Assembly (NCBI GenBank): GCA_035257465.1
Contig: DATEXA010000239.1
Span: 3,809-67,808, forward strand
Origin: Pyrinomonadaceae bacterium
GTDB taxonomy: Bacteria; Acidobacteriota; Blastocatellia; Pyrinomonadales; Pyrinomonadaceae
Length of the DNA: 64,000 nucleotides
Reading direction: 5' to 3'
Positions 1-9,473 of this stretch are shown piece after piece. Both the position numbers and the translations under genes were made by a program. Every line of letters starts with the position of its first letter. The first letter of the stretch is position 1. The notes below the pieces were generated by a model. That model did not search any database. It was not told the DNA's origin and was given only the letters and a program-made list of their open reading frames with translations.

Positions 1-333
1 GTCACTACTTCTCTCCCGATTTACAAGCCCATCAATCCACACAAGCGACGCCGCCTGATCATGAACATCAGTCCTGTTCTTCGAATGATTTAGGGTTGTT
101 CAGATAATCACTGACGTAACAAGCCGGGATTCCCACGACGTGACAAGCCGCTAACATTACGGGAGCGGTGGCTTTAACGTGAGTGGCTCCGCGTTCGTAA
201 TGCTATCCTGGCCGGTGAGTTCACATAAGTTAACTTCAGCCTGAACCTTTCCGTTAGTCATTTACGCATTAAAAAGTAGTTGCGAACCGGAAAATGAACC
301 AATCGGAATCATGCTTTTAAAAGGGAGTACGAA

Positions 334-1020
334 ATGTCGAGGATAGGCCAAGCCGAATCTATTTGGCTTGATGGAACAACACCAACCCAGCAACCCGGAT
401 CCAAATCGAGAATCATTCCTTTCAACGAAGAATCTTTGGCTTTTCTTCGGAATATCCCAGTTACCGAAGGAGTTACTGATGGTTTCGAATCCGAGAATAT
501 CCGTGAACAGTCTTCAGATGAACTACCCAGCCCTGTCAGTAGTTAGACCAGTCAGTTCGGTCTGCTTAGGGGCAGGGGCAGATCTCCGAAATCTAATACG
601 AGACGCAGCCGACCAACTCTGCCAGGTCGTAGACGGAAATCTCGATTTTGTCGTGCAGGTTTCCGAAGGCGACGATGATTTCGACAAGCTACTGCTGCCT
701 GTCAATTTTGTGCTGGCATCAGCTAGGAGATCCTTTGCGGATCTTCGTGAGGTTCATCAACGCATGGAGGAGGATCTGTCTGCCGCTCGTAAGCTACAGG
801 AGAAACTGTTACCCCAAACGTTACCACATGCCCGCAATCTTCACTTGAGTGCGAAATGTGTTCCCGCAAGAGCCGTAGGCGGCGACTTCTTTGACTTTGG
901 TCAGTGTTCAAATTCCGGATCGTATGTTGGCTTGCCGATGTAAGCGGTAAGGGAGCTGCCGCAGCTATCTTCGCCGGACTCGCGAGCGGTCCGATGCCGT
1001 ACGCGATCCTGTCTCGCGTG
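334..1020 (+). pseudogene. Decayed PP2C/SpoIIE-type (RsbU-like) serine phosphatase
   Basis: The reading frame breaks at least twice. ORF 334-546 follows a GGGAG Shine-Dalgarno. ORF 368-943 is in another frame and carries a HAMP-like segment and the SpoIIE entry motif 'LQEKLLPQ...AVGGDFFDF'. The next expected motif, 'ADVSGKGAAAAIFAGLASG', appears in a third frame from 934 and hits a stop near 1048. The rest of the phosphatase domain is absent. Confidence 0.6.
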
Positions 1021-1048
1021 ACGAGATCAAGGATAAATTTCGAATTGA

Positions 1049-1231
1049 AAAGTCGATAACAAACTCATAACGCATTACCGTTCTCCTAATCGGCATTGCC
1101 ATTTGTACACAAGCCTCGCCGATGAGGTGTTGCGGCTCTATGGAGAGGTCGCAACGATTGAGCAAGTTAAATGCGTCAAGAGAGGTGACTCTGAGTGTGA
1201 AATTTGGATTACCTGGGCACCTGAAAACTGA
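1049..1231 (+). pseudogene. Orphan C-terminal fragment resembling the end of a V4R (4-vinyl reductase-like) ligand-binding domain
   Basis: A 60-codon open stretch with no start codon ends '...HCHLYTSLADEVLRLYGEVATIEQVKCVKRGDSECEIWITW'. This matches the typical V4R C-terminal pattern (C-x-x-x-G-D-x-x-C-E-F/W). Confidence 0.35.
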
Positions 1232-1271
1232 TCGCAGTTTGTAAGGGGAAAAACTTTGTGCGACACGGTCT

Positions 1272-2195
1272 ATGCTAAAAGCGTTGGCCAATCGCAGCCC
1301 AATGTTATTACGAACTATGAACTCAATGATGGGAGCACTAAGAGGAATTATGAGGAACGAATCTACAACCTACAGTAAAGGTGACTACGTATTGGCAACC
1401 GGAAATGCCGCCGCAAATCGCCTGCGTATTCTGCACAACGTATACGGACCCGGGGCTTACGAACTACTAATCCGAGCGGGCATCCAACCAGGCATGCGGG
1501 TCGCGGATCTCGGGTGTGGCACCGGCATGGTTACGCAACTCCTTGCTGAACTCGTCGGGCCAAGCGGAGAGGTTATCGGCGTAGATCTCAGCGGGGATCA
1601 GTTAGAGCAAGCTCGTGAGTCGCTGCCCAAAAGTCTTTCCAATGTTTGTTTCATCCAAGCGAGCGTCACTGACACAGGGCTAACCAAAGAGACGTTTGAT
1701 CTCGTCTACTCTCGATTCTTACTTATCCACTTAACTGAACCCGAAGCAGCGCTGCGCGAGATGCACGAACTGTTGAAGCCGAACGGAATTTTTGTCTGCG
1801 AAGACGGCGATCTGACATCAGCAGGCAGTGAACCAACCTCTGAGCTTGAGGCATTCTCGAGACTATTCGGCGCATTGGGGCCAAAATGGGGCGTTGATTA
1901 CACTTTGGGTCGTCGCCTCTTCCATTTGGTGCTTGCGGCCAATTTTATTCAAGCAAGAATCACCTTGAATCAACCTGTTTTCGCTCAAGGAGAAAACAAA
2001 CGGCTGCTGGAATTATCAGTGGCTGAGGCTGGTCCGTCGTTCGTAAAAGCAGGCCTGGTCACGAACGAGGAGTTAACTGAAACGATCGCGGAAATGCAGC
2101 GTCTTAATGAGGATCAAACGGTACTCGCTCTCATGCCTCGTATGAGTCAGGTATGCGCTAAGAAACCAGCGAATGGTATTTCGTATCTCGCATGA
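1272..2195 (+). CDS. Class I SAM-dependent methyltransferase
   Basis: 307-aa ORF with SAM-binding motif I 'VADLGCGTGMVTQLL' followed by 'VIGVDLS'. The start is uncertain, with several in-frame Met codons. Confidence 0.85.
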   Translation: MLKALANRSPMLLRTMNSMMGALRGIMRNESTTYSKGDYVLATGNAAANRLRILHNVYGPGAYELLIRAGIQPGMRVADLGCGTGMVTQLLAELVGPSGEVIGVDLSGDQLEQARESLPKSLSNVCFIQASVTDTGLTKETFDLVYSRFLLIHLTEPEAALREMHELLKPNGIFVCEDGDLTSAGSEPTSELEAFSRLFGALGPKWGVDYTLGRRLFHLVLAANFIQARITLNQPVFAQGENKRLLELSVAEAGPSFVKAGLVTNEELTETIAEMQRLNEDQTVLALMPRMSQVCAKKPANGISYLA

Positions 2196-2245
2196 GCGCG
2201 AGTTCAATCATGGCAAGCCTCACTAATCGGAAGAGCAAGCGGTCG

Positions 2246-2282
2246 AGAGTGAGAATAGCTTCGCAAGTTGCATTCTCACTCT
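2246..2282 (+). terminator. Stem-loop downstream of the methyltransferase gene
   Basis: Perfect 11-bp inverted repeat agagtgagaat / attctcactct with a 15-nt loop, 50 nt after the stop codon. No clear U-tract. Confidence 0.35.
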
Positions 2283-2503
2283 TGAACTTAAAAACCACTT
2301 CGACTCTACTTCAGCAGAATTACCACCTGAATCGTAAAAGAGATTTAACGCCTGACTAACCAATCGTTAATCTCCCTCACTTAGTCTGCCCGCACTGATT
2401 TGAATTCGACATAAAAATGATTTCCAGTCGCTGGTTCGACTGAAACGAGCTGTAAGTTTGCCCGCATAGCGAAACTGGATTTGTTCAAATAGGAAGAGGA
2501 AGC

Positions 2504-3040
2504 ATGGTTGCAAGAGTCTTAAGTGCGTTGCTGTTTTTTACATTATCCGCATCAACGGTGGCACGATCACAAACTGCAAAGACTCCAAGCGAATCGTCAT
2601 CGCTCAGCAAGAGTGACGCGGATTCACCTCCGGCCACTCTGTCCTTCAAGGAGTTCTTTGTTCGAGGTACGGCGGAACTAAAGCCTTCCCCAAAACTGCT
2701 CGCGCTAAACGGCAAGCGTGTTCGGCTCGTTGGCTATATGGTGCAAATGGAGGTCGAGCGCTTGGGAGGATTCTATCTTTCGTCCCGACCAACCTTTTGT
2801 GATGAAGAGGGCGGAGGGACTGCCGACCTCCCACCTGATGCCGTGTTTGTGATTGTTTCCTCGTACAAGGATAAGAAGATGTCGTTTGTACCTGGTCCTC
2901 TAGAAGTTACCGGCACGTTGGAACTCTCACGACGCGAGTCTACTGACGGTGCAATCTCATTCATCAATCTCACGTTGGAAAAACCGAACAGCGTTGCCGC
3001 AACCCCCGACACAGACCTCAAGAAAGCGTCGGTGCAGTAG
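2504..3040 (+). CDS. Secreted hypothetical protein (DUF3299-like pattern)
   Basis: GGAAGAGGAAG Shine-Dalgarno before the ATG and an N-terminal signal peptide 'MVARVLSALLFFTLSASTVARS'. The pattern 'LNGKRVRLVGYM...FYL...C' recalls DUF3299, recognised from memory only. Confidence 0.6.
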   Translation: MVARVLSALLFFTLSASTVARSQTAKTPSESSSLSKSDADSPPATLSFKEFFVRGTAELKPSPKLLALNGKRVRLVGYMVQMEVERLGGFYLSSRPTFCDEEGGGTADLPPDAVFVIVSSYKDKKMSFVPGPLEVTGTLELSRRESTDGAISFINLTLEKPNSVAATPDTDLKKASVQ

Positions 3041-3092
3041 TTCATCTCCAAGTCGTTCTTAGTTAAAGAAAACTCAATCTTAGGAGGAAAGC

Positions 3093-5120
3093 ATGAAATC
3101 ATTTGCATTCACAGTGCTGAGACTGTCCTTATTAGTATGTATTACCGGTTTAGCGGGCAGCGCGTTCGCCGTGCCAACAAATGTATCGGTGACGCCACCG
3201 GACGGAGCTCGTTTCTTCGTGGGTCAAAGATTTGACTTGCGCGTCGAGGGAAAAGGAACTGGTCCGTTTTCAGCAACGCTTCGAATTGACGGTGACCTTA
3301 AAACGTTTACTTCAGGTGTGCAGAATACAACGACCACGGACGGCATTAGTTCGCCAGGATGGGGTGGTTTTAACCTGCGCGGTTTTAGCCATAACACACC
3401 CGGCATTCACACCATCGATGCCACATTTACTGACGCAACTGGCACAGTTGCCGTAACGACCAAGTTCAGAATCGTTGACCTGGGAGACGAAGAGCAAGGT
3501 CGTGACGAAGGAAGAGGAGAAGGTAAGCGCATTCGCAATATCATCATTATGATCGGAGACGGCATGGGCGTCGCGCATCGCACCGCTGCTCGACTGGTGA
3601 AATATGGTGTAACTGCTGGAAATCCCAATGGCTTTCTAGCAATGGATAAGTTTCCTGGTGTCGGCCTGATTACAACTCATTCGCTTAACAGCATCATCAC
3701 TGACTCCGCACCTGGCATGGCCGGCTACACCACCGGCAATCATTCCAAGAACGGACAAGAGGGTGTCTATCCTGCAAACATGATCGACCCATTCTTTTTC
3801 CCCAGGGTGGAATACCTGGCCGAATACTTACATCGACTGCAAGGAAAATCCCTTGGCCTTGTTACCACGGCTGATATCGAGGATGCCACACCTGCTGCCA
3901 ACGCTGTGCACACAGGTGATAGAAATCGGGGCACTGGAATCTGCGATCAATACCTCGATGAAAGTGACTCGGCTAATACTGGCAAGTTCGGCACAGGACT
4001 AACGGTTCTGATGGGTGGTGGAAGACGTTGGTTCCTTCCTTCAAACCAATTTGGCTCCAGTCGAGCTGCTTCAACTGACTATGATCCACTCCCAGCGGAT
4101 CTTGTAGCGGCTTGGGGGATCCCTTCGTCGGGAACTAAAGATCCCAATCGAAATCTCCTCAACGATTTTACAAATGCGGGCTTTACTTATGTGGATTCTG
4201 CAACCACGCTCAGCAGCGTTGGCACACCGAATAAGCTCCTGGGCCTTTTTGGTTTTGGAAACATGAACGTCGCTCTCGACAAGCTCGCAAAGCGGCGAAA
4301 CACTTTACTGCCTGGCGCCCCCAGCTTTGCTGTAGACGACTATCATGCTCCAGATCAACCGATGCTGGATGAGATGACAGATGCGGCTCTTCGAGTGCTC
4401 AACAAGGATCGCCAGGGCTTTGTCCTGATGGTCGAAGGGGCGCACATAGACAAGCAATCGCACCTCATGGATGCCGATCGGGTTATTGATGAGACCATCG
4501 AATTCGATAACGCCGTAGCCGCGGCGCGCCGCTTCGCTGATAGAGAGGGCGACACACTGATCATCGTGTTGGCTGACCATGAATGCTCTGGCTTCAGTCT
4601 GATTGGTGCACTAACAGGGGGGATTAACAATCTGAAGAACCTTCCCGCCGATAACGCGGTGCTGGATCCAAATGTTCAGCCCGCTCGTCAAAAGGTGGTT
4701 GGGACTAATGATGCCGCCGGCTTTCCTAGCTATACGATTGCAGCTGATGGCTATCCGCAGACGTTCGACATCGACGGCAAGATCCTTATAGGTTTTGGCG
4801 CTAATGCTGATCGCTTTGAAGGGTGGCTGACCAAACCACTCCCGGTCCGCGATAGTCTGTTGCCAGATAACATAAAAACGGAACTAACAAACAAGGGCTA
4901 CCCCGGAATACCAATCGAACGAAACGAGAGTCAATTTGGGTTTTATCTTCGTGGGCAGGCAGTCGGGAGAGATCAAGCAGTACATACGGCCTCCGACATT
5001 CCTATCTCCTCTTACAGTAGTCGCGGTCGTGCTTATCAACTATTCACTGGTGTACAGCAGAATACAGATGTCTTTTTCAAGCTGCTGAAAGCAGTGCTGA
5101 GAGAAAACGACGACGATTAG
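3093..5120 (+). CDS. Alkaline phosphatase (PhoA family) with an N-terminal extra domain
   Basis: AGGAGG Shine-Dalgarno and a signal peptide. Motifs include 'IIMIGDGMGV', the active-site Ser motif 'TDSAPGMAGYTTG', 'VEGAHIDKQSH', 'LADHECSG' and 'HTASDIP'. Confidence 0.9.
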   Translation: MKSFAFTVLRLSLLVCITGLAGSAFAVPTNVSVTPPDGARFFVGQRFDLRVEGKGTGPFSATLRIDGDLKTFTSGVQNTTTTDGISSPGWGGFNLRGFSHNTPGIHTIDATFTDATGTVAVTTKFRIVDLGDEEQGRDEGRGEGKRIRNIIIMIGDGMGVAHRTAARLVKYGVTAGNPNGFLAMDKFPGVGLITTHSLNSIITDSAPGMAGYTTGNHSKNGQEGVYPANMIDPFFFPRVEYLAEYLHRLQGKSLGLVTTADIEDATPAANAVHTGDRNRGTGICDQYLDESDSANTGKFGTGLTVLMGGGRRWFLPSNQFGSSRAASTDYDPLPADLVAAWGIPSSGTKDPNRNLLNDFTNAGFTYVDSATTLSSVGTPNKLLGLFGFGNMNVALDKLAKRRNTLLPGAPSFAVDDYHAPDQPMLDEMTDAALRVLNKDRQGFVLMVEGAHIDKQSHLMDADRVIDETIEFDNAVAAARRFADREGDTLIIVLADHECSGFSLIGALTGGINNLKNLPADNAVLDPNVQPARQKVVGTNDAAGFPSYTIAADGYPQTFDIDGKILIGFGANADRFEGWLTKPLPVRDSLLPDNIKTELTNKGYPGIPIERNESQFGFYLRGQAVGRDQAVHTASDIPISSYSSRGRAYQLFTGVQQNTDVFFKLLKAVLRENDDD

Positions 5121-5134
5121 ACTTCCACCTTAGC

Positions 5135-5167
5135 CTCCCGTTGCGGCCAGGTCCGCCGCAACGGGAG
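5135..5167 (+). terminator. Stem-loop after the alkaline phosphatase gene
   Basis: Perfect 12-bp stem ctcccgttgcgg / ccgcaacgggag with a 9-nt loop, 15 nt after the stop. No U-tract. Confidence 0.45.
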
Positions 5168-5290
5168 CGGCACCCGCGGAAATTAGAAAATCGATCTTGC
5201 CAGTAGTGTTCTTAGGGAACCGCACAAACAGCAGAAAAACCACCGGCCCACCCGCTACCGCGGCGGCACTGAGATTGACGTTCCTTTAAC

Positions 5291-5656
5291 TCAATCAACC
5301 GCGACGTTCATCGCCCTAATCGGCCGAATTTCAATGCAGCCCTCGCCTCCGTGGCAGCCGGTTGGAATCTTGCGCGCCCATTCAATTGCTTCTTCGATGT
5401 TTTCGCAATCGAGTATGTAATAGCCGGCTAGCTGCTCTTTCGTTTCCGCGAATGGGCCGTCTGTCACCATCATTTTTCCGTCACCGTTCTTCCGAACCGT
5501 GACGGCTGTGTTCGTTGGCTCAAGCGGTTCGGCTCCCTGAAAGATGGCTTGCTCTCTCGCCTCGTTCATCACCTCGCGGTGTCGTAACACAACTCCGCGT
5601 TCCTGCTCAGATGTGCTGGGTGTTTCATGCGAGTAAATCAGCATCATGTAGCGCAT
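5291..5656 (-). CDS. YciI-family (YCII-related, DGPF) protein
   Basis: 121 aa beginning 'MRYMMLIY' and containing 'DGPFAETKEQLAGYYILDCENIEEAIEWARKIP', the characteristic DGPF/YCII domain. Confidence 0.85.
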   Translation of the reverse strand: MRYMMLIYSHETPSTSEQERGVVLRHREVMNEAREQAIFQGAEPLEPTNTAVTVRKNGDGKMMVTDGPFAETKEQLAGYYILDCENIEEAIEWARKIPTGCHGGEGCIEIRPIRAMNVAVD

Positions 5657-5683
5657 CTCGACTCCTTTATCTGACAGATTCTC

Positions 5684-6082
5684 TTACTTGGCTGCAGTCA
5701 CAACTTCGAATGGGAATATTGTTCCGCGCACGAGGCCCGCTTTGACCAGATCGTCATCATCAATGATCTTTTGCGCTTCAGCTTCAGAGCCAACGCGCAC
5801 GACGATGATGCCGAAACCGGATTCATCAGTAACCAGCGTGTGTCCAGAGAACAGGCAAACACCTTGTTGGGTTAGTGCCTGCAGTTTCTTGAAATGCTTC
5901 TCAACCATTTGTTTCCCGTCCGGCTCTTGCGTCATCTTGAAAAATTCCGGACCGGTTGCTTTCAGCAGCAGCGCAAACTGTTTCTGCGACTGCTGAGTCC
6001 TTTGGCCCAACGCCGCAAAGGCGAGTGAGGCGGTTGCCACAAGAATGAATGTCACGATGAGGATTGATAATTGTCTTTTCAT
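5684..6082 (-). CDS. YciI-like protein with a predicted signal peptide
   Basis: AAGGAGAG Shine-Dalgarno and the N-terminal hydrophobic segment 'ILIVTFILVATASLAFA'. The C-terminal part 'GFGIIVVRVGSEAEAQKIIDDDDLVKAGLVRGTIFPF' is YciI-like. Confidence 0.7.
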   Translation of the reverse strand: MKRQLSILIVTFILVATASLAFAALGQRTQQSQKQFALLLKATGPEFFKMTQEPDGKQMVEKHFKKLQALTQQGVCLFSGHTLVTDESGFGIIVVRVGSEAEAQKIIDDDDLVKAGLVRGTIFPFEVVTAAK

Positions 6083-6392
6083 GATTTTCTCTCCTTAGAA
6101 CTTGCTGACAGTCAAGTCAGTGCCTTTCATCTTCTCGGCGTTAGTTTCTCTTGCTTGTTCAATGTCCAGACGCCTCGCGCGATGTTTTATCGAGCGGAAC
6201 AGTCGGAATCGAAAAAAGTCTCGCTTTCAACTCTACGACGGATGACTACAAGGAAATCGACAACTCGTTTACAAAAAATCCGCCAGGGCTGATTACTAGT
6301 TATTCCGGGCTCGAGCTCTGAAATCAGGTGTGTGGTTGCGGCTTTATTCGCTGACTTTTTGCCTGGAATCTGAGCAAATCCACCAACTGGTC

Positions 6393-6893
6393 TTATATCC
6401 ACCGACGAATTCTGGCGCGGTACTGTTCATACTGGGTCCCAAAGTCTGCCTGCAACCGAGATTCTTCAACGGGAATAACAATCCAATTCAAGTAAGCGAC
6501 AACAAATGGCAGGATAATGAGTGGCCATACTTGGACGAGCAAGCCGGCTTCTCCAACGTAGGCGATGATGAGGCCGCAGTACATCGGATTACGACTGAAA
6601 CGATAAGGCCCTGACGTCACGACCGCCGCTGAGGATTTGCCTGGGACCGTTGTAGTGCGGGCTTTACGGAACACAAGCAATCCCCACGCAGCCACTGCCG
6701 CCCCAGTGAGGAATAACAGGCCGCCTAAAACCTTGATGAGTGCAACCTGCGACGAATGAGTATGAAAAGGAACGAGAATCTCGACACCAACGCCAATGAG
6801 GTACGCCAATATAAACACCCAGGGCACTGGAATGCGCATTAGATAGCGGAAAGGTCTTGCTGGATGTCTTCGCTGGTCGTCAACCGTGGTCAT
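6393..6893 (-). CDS. Isoprenylcysteine carboxyl / phospholipid methyltransferase-family membrane protein
   Basis: Multi-pass hydrophobic protein containing 'GPYRFSRNPMYCGLIIAYVGEA' (NPMY motif of the ICMT/PEMT family). Confidence 0.8.
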   Translation of the reverse strand: MTTVDDQRRHPARPFRYLMRIPVPWVFILAYLIGVGVEILVPFHTHSSQVALIKVLGGLLFLTGAAVAAWGLLVFRKARTTTVPGKSSAAVVTSGPYRFSRNPMYCGLIIAYVGEAGLLVQVWPLIILPFVVAYLNWIVIPVEESRLQADFGTQYEQYRARIRRWI

Positions 6894-6906
6894 CTTTATC
6901 TAAGAA

Positions 6907-7281
6907 CTACGCGCAAGATGCAAATTTCGTCGTTGACATGCACAGGTGGCCACCCGGCCGAGGCAAGTCCTCCGATCCGGGGGTTGTGATTTCGAAAACA
7001 GAATTCAAATGAGTGATCTCCAGCACGCGGCGGACAAGTCTCGTCACGTTCTTCAACCTGAACTCAATCCCCCTCGACTGAGTGTGCTCACGCAATTCCA
7101 GCATTAATCCCAACCCGCCGGCGTCGATTGTGTTTACCTGAGCCAGGTCGAGTACGACGGCGCTGGCATCGACTTGAGCTAACACGGTCCTGCATAGTGC
7201 GTCAGTCTCACCACGCACAATTTGTCCCTGCACAAAGAGAACTGCAACGTTCCCCAATTTAGTCGTGTGTACGCTCAACAT
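6907..7281 (-). CDS. STAS-domain protein (anti-sigma-factor-antagonist fold)
   Basis: 'VVLDLAQVNTIDAGGLGLMLEL' matches the STAS core. The residue after the conserved Asp is Ala rather than the phosphorylatable Ser. Confidence 0.8.
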   Translation of the reverse strand: MLSVHTTKLGNVAVLFVQGQIVRGETDALCRTVLAQVDASAVVLDLAQVNTIDAGGLGLMLELREHTQSRGIEFRLKNVTRLVRRVLEITHLNSVFEITTPGSEDLPRPGGHLCMSTTKFASCA

Positions 7282-7320
7282 AACTTCCTCCTTGACGCTA
7301 GCCGTTACTAACGTCTCGGG

Positions 7321-7363
7321 AAAATGTAGGACCTTCCGGTGCTAACAAAGATGAAGGTCCTAC
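7321..7363 (-). terminator. Rho-independent-like terminator of gene 7384-7851
   Basis: Perfect 11-bp stem gtaggaccttc / gaaggtcctac with a 16-nt loop. On the minus strand it is followed by ATTTTCC and lies 20 nt after the stop. Confidence 0.55.
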
Positions 7364-7383
7364 GTATCCCTTATTTGCTTCGC

Positions 7384-7851
7384 TTACGCGCTCTTCGCAG
7401 CGTTCGCCTTAACTCGCAGCTGTTTCCTGAAATCCCGTATAGCCGCGATGTGTCCCGGAGAACGTTGCTCCGACCACTCTTCGTATCGCTTGGCGGCTTT
7501 TTCCAGATTTCCTAGTAAATTATTCTCGGAAAACAGCACGCGGAATTGGGGCAGAACTGTCTTGACTGCTTCCCAAACTCCAAAAAACTCGCCGCTTGTT
7601 TCAAAGAAAAGATCTTCGTGCAGCAGGCCGTAATTGAGCAGTGCGCAAGCTTGCTCCCAATATCCGATCACCATTCCAAAGTAAATGCCGTGCTCTGTTC
7701 CGGGCGCTGCGATTCGCATCGCGTCGTCGACGGTCTCAACAAAATAGTTCTGCTGAAACCAATCGCGTGCCTGGCGCAACCGGGCCTCGCGGCGCAAATC
7801 GTAAACCTGCAAATGAAGTTGTGCTTGTTCCTGTGTTGGTTTTGTTGTCAT
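7384..7851 (-). CDS. Hypothetical cytoplasmic protein
   Basis: 155-aa ORF with coding-like composition and no recognisable motif. The opposite-strand ORFs here are Arg/Ser-rich junk. Confidence 0.6.
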   Translation of the reverse strand: MTTKPTQEQAQLHLQVYDLRREARLRQARDWFQQNYFVETVDDAMRIAAPGTEHGIYFGMVIGYWEQACALLNYGLLHEDLFFETSGEFFGVWEAVKTVLPQFRVLFSENNLLGNLEKAAKRYEEWSEQRSPGHIAAIRDFRKQLRVKANAAKSA

Positions 7852-8140
7852 GATTTCCCTTTCTTACGTAATTTGCTATTCACTCTTTTCCTAGCTTGCT
7901 GTTGTCGGAACTAATTCCGTTCTCAGACAAGAAGTCTTTCCTCAGTGATACGACGAATGAGTCGCGCCCGGATCGACAAAACTTTCAGAAAATAATTGTT
8001 CTTGTGTCAACCGTGCGTCTCCATTTGAGACAGAGCGATGATGGATAGACGCCGCGATCCCCTGTGGCGTGCCCCAGACTGACCGGTTGATCTAATATGG
8101 ACGCATTCAAGAGACGTCAACGCCGCACTGCCCATGCCCT

Positions 8141-8209
8141 ATAAGCTTTAGCTGGTTGTTGAGTTTTGGGAAACACATCTCCGAGATCAAGCGACAAGCT
8201 AAAGCTTAT
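8141..8209. promoter_or_regulatory. Perfect 13-bp inverted repeat upstream of the FMN reductase operon (candidate operator or structured leader)
   Basis: ataagctttagct (8141-8153) and agctaaagcttat (8197-8209), separated by 43 nt and ending 22 nt before the ATG at 8232. Confidence 0.3.
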
Positions 8210-8231
8210 CGAACACAAAAACAAAATTCCT

Positions 8232-8798
8232 ATGAACACTAAACCACTTTTCATTCCCGTGATTCTCGGTACGGTGCGGAAAGGTCGAGCCAGCGAGAAC
8301 GTCGCGAAGTTCGTCTTCAGCCAAGTGCAAAAACGCGAAGACGTCGAAACCTTATTGATTGATATTCGGGATCTGAAGTTTCCAACTGATGATGCAGGCG
8401 AGCAGATCAAAGACCCCGCATTTGCAAAACTATGCGAGCGCGCTGACGGTTTTGTGATCGTTACACCGGAATATAACCACGGTTATCCTGGACTGCTGAA
8501 ACACGTGCTCGATACAAATCTGAAGGAGTACATTCACAAAGCAGTGGGTGTGTGCGGCGTCTCGGCTGGAAGTTTTGGTGGTGCGCGGGTTATCGAGGCG
8601 CTTCTGCCGGTCCTGCGAGAACTCGGTCTGGTCACAATCTTTTGGGACGGCAATTTCTTTCATGCGCAAAGGCTGTTCGATGCGAATGGGAAAATTCTCG
8701 ACGAGCGGAGGCACATCAAGCATATTGACAAGTTCCTCAACGAATTAATCTGGATGAGCAAAGTACTGCGTTACGGACGTGAAAACGTCTCGATCTAA
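8232..8798 (+). CDS. NADPH-dependent FMN reductase family protein
   Basis: 'LFIPVILGTVRKGRASENVAKFV' and 'VIVTPEYNHGYPGLLKHVLD' are typical of the FMN_red family. The start is placed at the internal Met of track ORF 8166-8798. Confidence 0.85.
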   Translation: MNTKPLFIPVILGTVRKGRASENVAKFVFSQVQKREDVETLLIDIRDLKFPTDDAGEQIKDPAFAKLCERADGFVIVTPEYNHGYPGLLKHVLDTNLKEYIHKAVGVCGVSAGSFGGARVIEALLPVLRELGLVTIFWDGNFFHAQRLFDANGKILDERRHIKHIDKFLNELIWMSKVLRYGRENVSI

Positions 8799-8805
8799 TG
8801 GCGTC

Positions 8806-9462
8806 ATGAAGATCATTTCAATAAACGTTGGTCGGCCACGACTGGTAATGCGTGATGGCGAGCCAGTCTCAACCGGAATCTTCAAAGAACCTATCGAGGG
8901 ACGCGTGATGATGCGGACGCTGAACCTTGATGGCGACCGTCAGGCCGATCTTTCCGTTCATGGAGGACCGAGCAAAGCTGTCTATGTCTATCCTGCGGAG
9001 CACTACGATTTTTGGAAGCGTGAGTTTCCCGAAATGGACCTCCCATGGGGCATGTTCGGCGAGAACTTTACGACCACTGGCTTACTCGAAACGGAAATTA
9101 ACATCGGTGACAAGTTTCGCATTGCCGAAGCCGAGGTGATGGTCACTCAACCCCGGATGCCGTGTTACAAACTGGGTATTCGCTTCGGTCGAACCGATAT
9201 CCTTAAGCGGTTTTTGCAGAGTGAACACACAGGCTTTTACCTGGCGGTGCTCAAAGAAGGCGAAGTGGGAGCTGGTGACGAGTTCTCCTTCGTTGAAAGA
9301 GATAACCACGGCGTAAAAGTCATCGATATCACTCGACTATATGCACGAGAGAAAGACAACACGGCGTTGCTTAATCGGGCGATCGAAGTGGAAGCGTTGC
9401 CTGAAAGTTGGCGGCAATATTTCCGGGATCGGCTTGAAAAACGTAGCGACTCAAAGCAATAG
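8806..9462 (+). CDS. MOSC domain-containing protein (YiiM-like)
   Basis: 'MKIISINVGRPR', 'GDRQADLSVHGG', 'GENFTTTGL' and 'QPRMPCYKLGIRFG' are MOSC hallmarks, including the conserved Cys. Confidence 0.85.
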   Translation: MKIISINVGRPRLVMRDGEPVSTGIFKEPIEGRVMMRTLNLDGDRQADLSVHGGPSKAVYVYPAEHYDFWKREFPEMDLPWGMFGENFTTTGLLETEINIGDKFRIAEAEVMVTQPRMPCYKLGIRFGRTDILKRFLQSEHTGFYLAVLKEGEVGAGDEFSFVERDNHGVKVIDITRLYAREKDNTALLNRAIEVEALPESWRQYFRDRLEKRSDSKQ

Positions 9463-9473
9463 AGGTAAATCAA

